Below, piece after piece: positions 62,615 to 64,000 of a DNA stretch of 64,000 nt. The first letter of the stretch is position 1; each line of letters begins with the position of its first letter. Position numbers and translations under genes: made by a program. This DNA comes from Oopsacas minuta (Eukaryota > Animalia > Porifera), in assembly GCA_024704765.1 (NCBI GenBank), contig JAKMXF010000088.1, positions 62,001 through 126,000 on the forward strand, in the 5' to 3' direction. The notes under the pieces are model-generated. The model saw only the letters and a program-made list of their open reading frames with translations. It was not told the DNA's origin and did not search any database.

Positions 62615-64000
62615 TAGTCACTGATTATGTACGTGTATTCGTGTACAGGAATAATAGTTGAGATTTTATATATCTTTATCAAGGGCTATTGATTACACAA
62701 GCTAAGTGCTTACGCAATAATAACTGATATTTTGTTACTTGATCGAGATGTGTGGGTGGATATCATGTCATTCTAAGGTGTGAAACTGAATCTTTAAAAA
62801 CATTACGAATGAAATTTGTTAAAATATCCGTGTTTTGCAAAACAGTGTATCCTCCAACACCAACAGGTCCAAATCTATCCAGAGTAATACCAATTGAATA
62901 ACATTGTAGGGACCAGATTGTTTATAATTTCAGGGTGCATCTGAGGGGTATTATTTGATCTGACACAATGTGACACTTTCAATTTTGTAATAAATAGTCT
63001 TATGTTATACAAGTAGTACAGTATATGATTTTTTAACAAAAATGTATTTTAGCAACATTTCATAAATTCAATTTTAGAGCGTACACTTCTCATTTCCAGA
63101 TTGTGGGACTATTCCACCTCCGGTTGTCATGGTGCAGAATGTGAGCTTTAGGTATGCAGACGATCAACCATGGATTTACAAAGATTTAGATTTTGGGATA
63201 GATCTGGAAACAAGAGTTGCGCTCGTGGGGCCGAATGGTGTCGGCAAGTCGACACTTTTGAAACTTCTAGAGGGAGAACTGACTGTGACTGAGGGTATGA
63301 TAAGGCGACACAATCACTTAAAAATAGGTCGATACCATCAACACCTCAAGGAGTGGCTGGATCTCTCTGAAAGTGCTGTTACACATTTACTAAAATGTTT
63401 TCCTGATACAGGTAGATGTCATTCTTTATAAGGGGCCTCTGTTATATTGTTTCAGCTACGCATTATGTCCATCTAAGCATACAGGCGAGCGGTCAATTCA
63501 TGGAAATATTCCAATGACTCTACTTCTAAATATGTGTAATTAGTCGTGTTAAAGGAGGTCTGTTACTACTATTCACTCGTTAGTTAGTAAATATATTGTG
63601 TAGTTATTCATGTGACAGGTGAACTTGATATAGAGCTGAAACAAATTTCTAACTAACAGTAGCTTTATTCTTATTTGTTGTTTACTTGCTTACTTGTAAG
63701 CAGGTGGAGAAGAAGCAATGAAAAGAGCGCTAGGACAATTCGGACTTACAGGTAAACAACAAATATGTCCCATGCAGAATCTAAGTGAAGGACAGCGGTG
63801 TCGAGTGGTATTCGCCTGGCTTAGTTGGAATAGTCCTCACTTGTTACTGCTGGATGAGCCTACTAATCATCTTGATATGGAGACTATTGATGCATTGGCT
63901 GAAGCTGTCAATGGATTTCCAGGAGGCCAGTTTGTTTGTTTGTTTGATCAGGCAATTTTGACCCGATACTGATTTAATTAAGGTGTTGTTCCCATTAACT

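Larger units (their letters stand above)
57366..64000 (+). pseudogene. ABCF2: ABCF2 (ABC-F family ATPase), multi-lesion unprocessed pseudogene, running to the window end
   Basis: [85 protein letters not shown] and [13 protein letters not shown] follow human ABCF2. It has frameshifts at about 57562, 58270, 58855, 59128 and 59291, degraded donors, and a deletion of about 30 codons at about 59810. Confidence 0.9.

Noticed and set aside
57366-64000. Frameshifts explained purely as long-read sequencing error
   Set aside because: Not favoured: the lesions include substitution stops, splice-site changes and 40-90 bp deletions, while multi-kb ORFs elsewhere in the window are clean. Not fully excluded without reads.

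Overview
This is AT-rich eukaryotic (animal) DNA with spliceosomal introns. The compact genes and the expanded intronless coiled-coil+NHL family suggest a sponge, possibly a glass sponge (inference, not provable here). Apparently intact genes are a 5'-truncated multi-exon RICTOR (1-28407, introns packed with DNA transposons), intronless meckelin/TMEM67, a 2-exon STELLO/DUF288-like glycosyltransferase and two NHL-repeat genes. The right third (about 48-64 kb) is a block of decaying gene copies: a WDR60/DYNC2I1-like 3' half, a striated-type myosin II 5' half, ABCF2 and two NHL paralogues. Three NHL genes sit antisense inside myosin or ABCF2 introns. The most striking non-coding signal is a non-autonomous Transib/RAG-like element present in two copies. 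Its ends are the RSS heptamer CACAGTG with a 5-bp TSD, and a shared 9-mer lies 12 bp from one end and about 22 bp from the other, echoing the 12/23 rule. The second copy is split by a 3.8-kb inversion bounded by an inverted 8-bp duplication, and the same inversion splits a piggyBac gene. Next to it is a hAT-like element that appears to carry a captured, intron-containing host fragment. No autonomous Transib/RAG transposase, RNA gene or CRISPR array was found. Alignments and identities were judged by eye.
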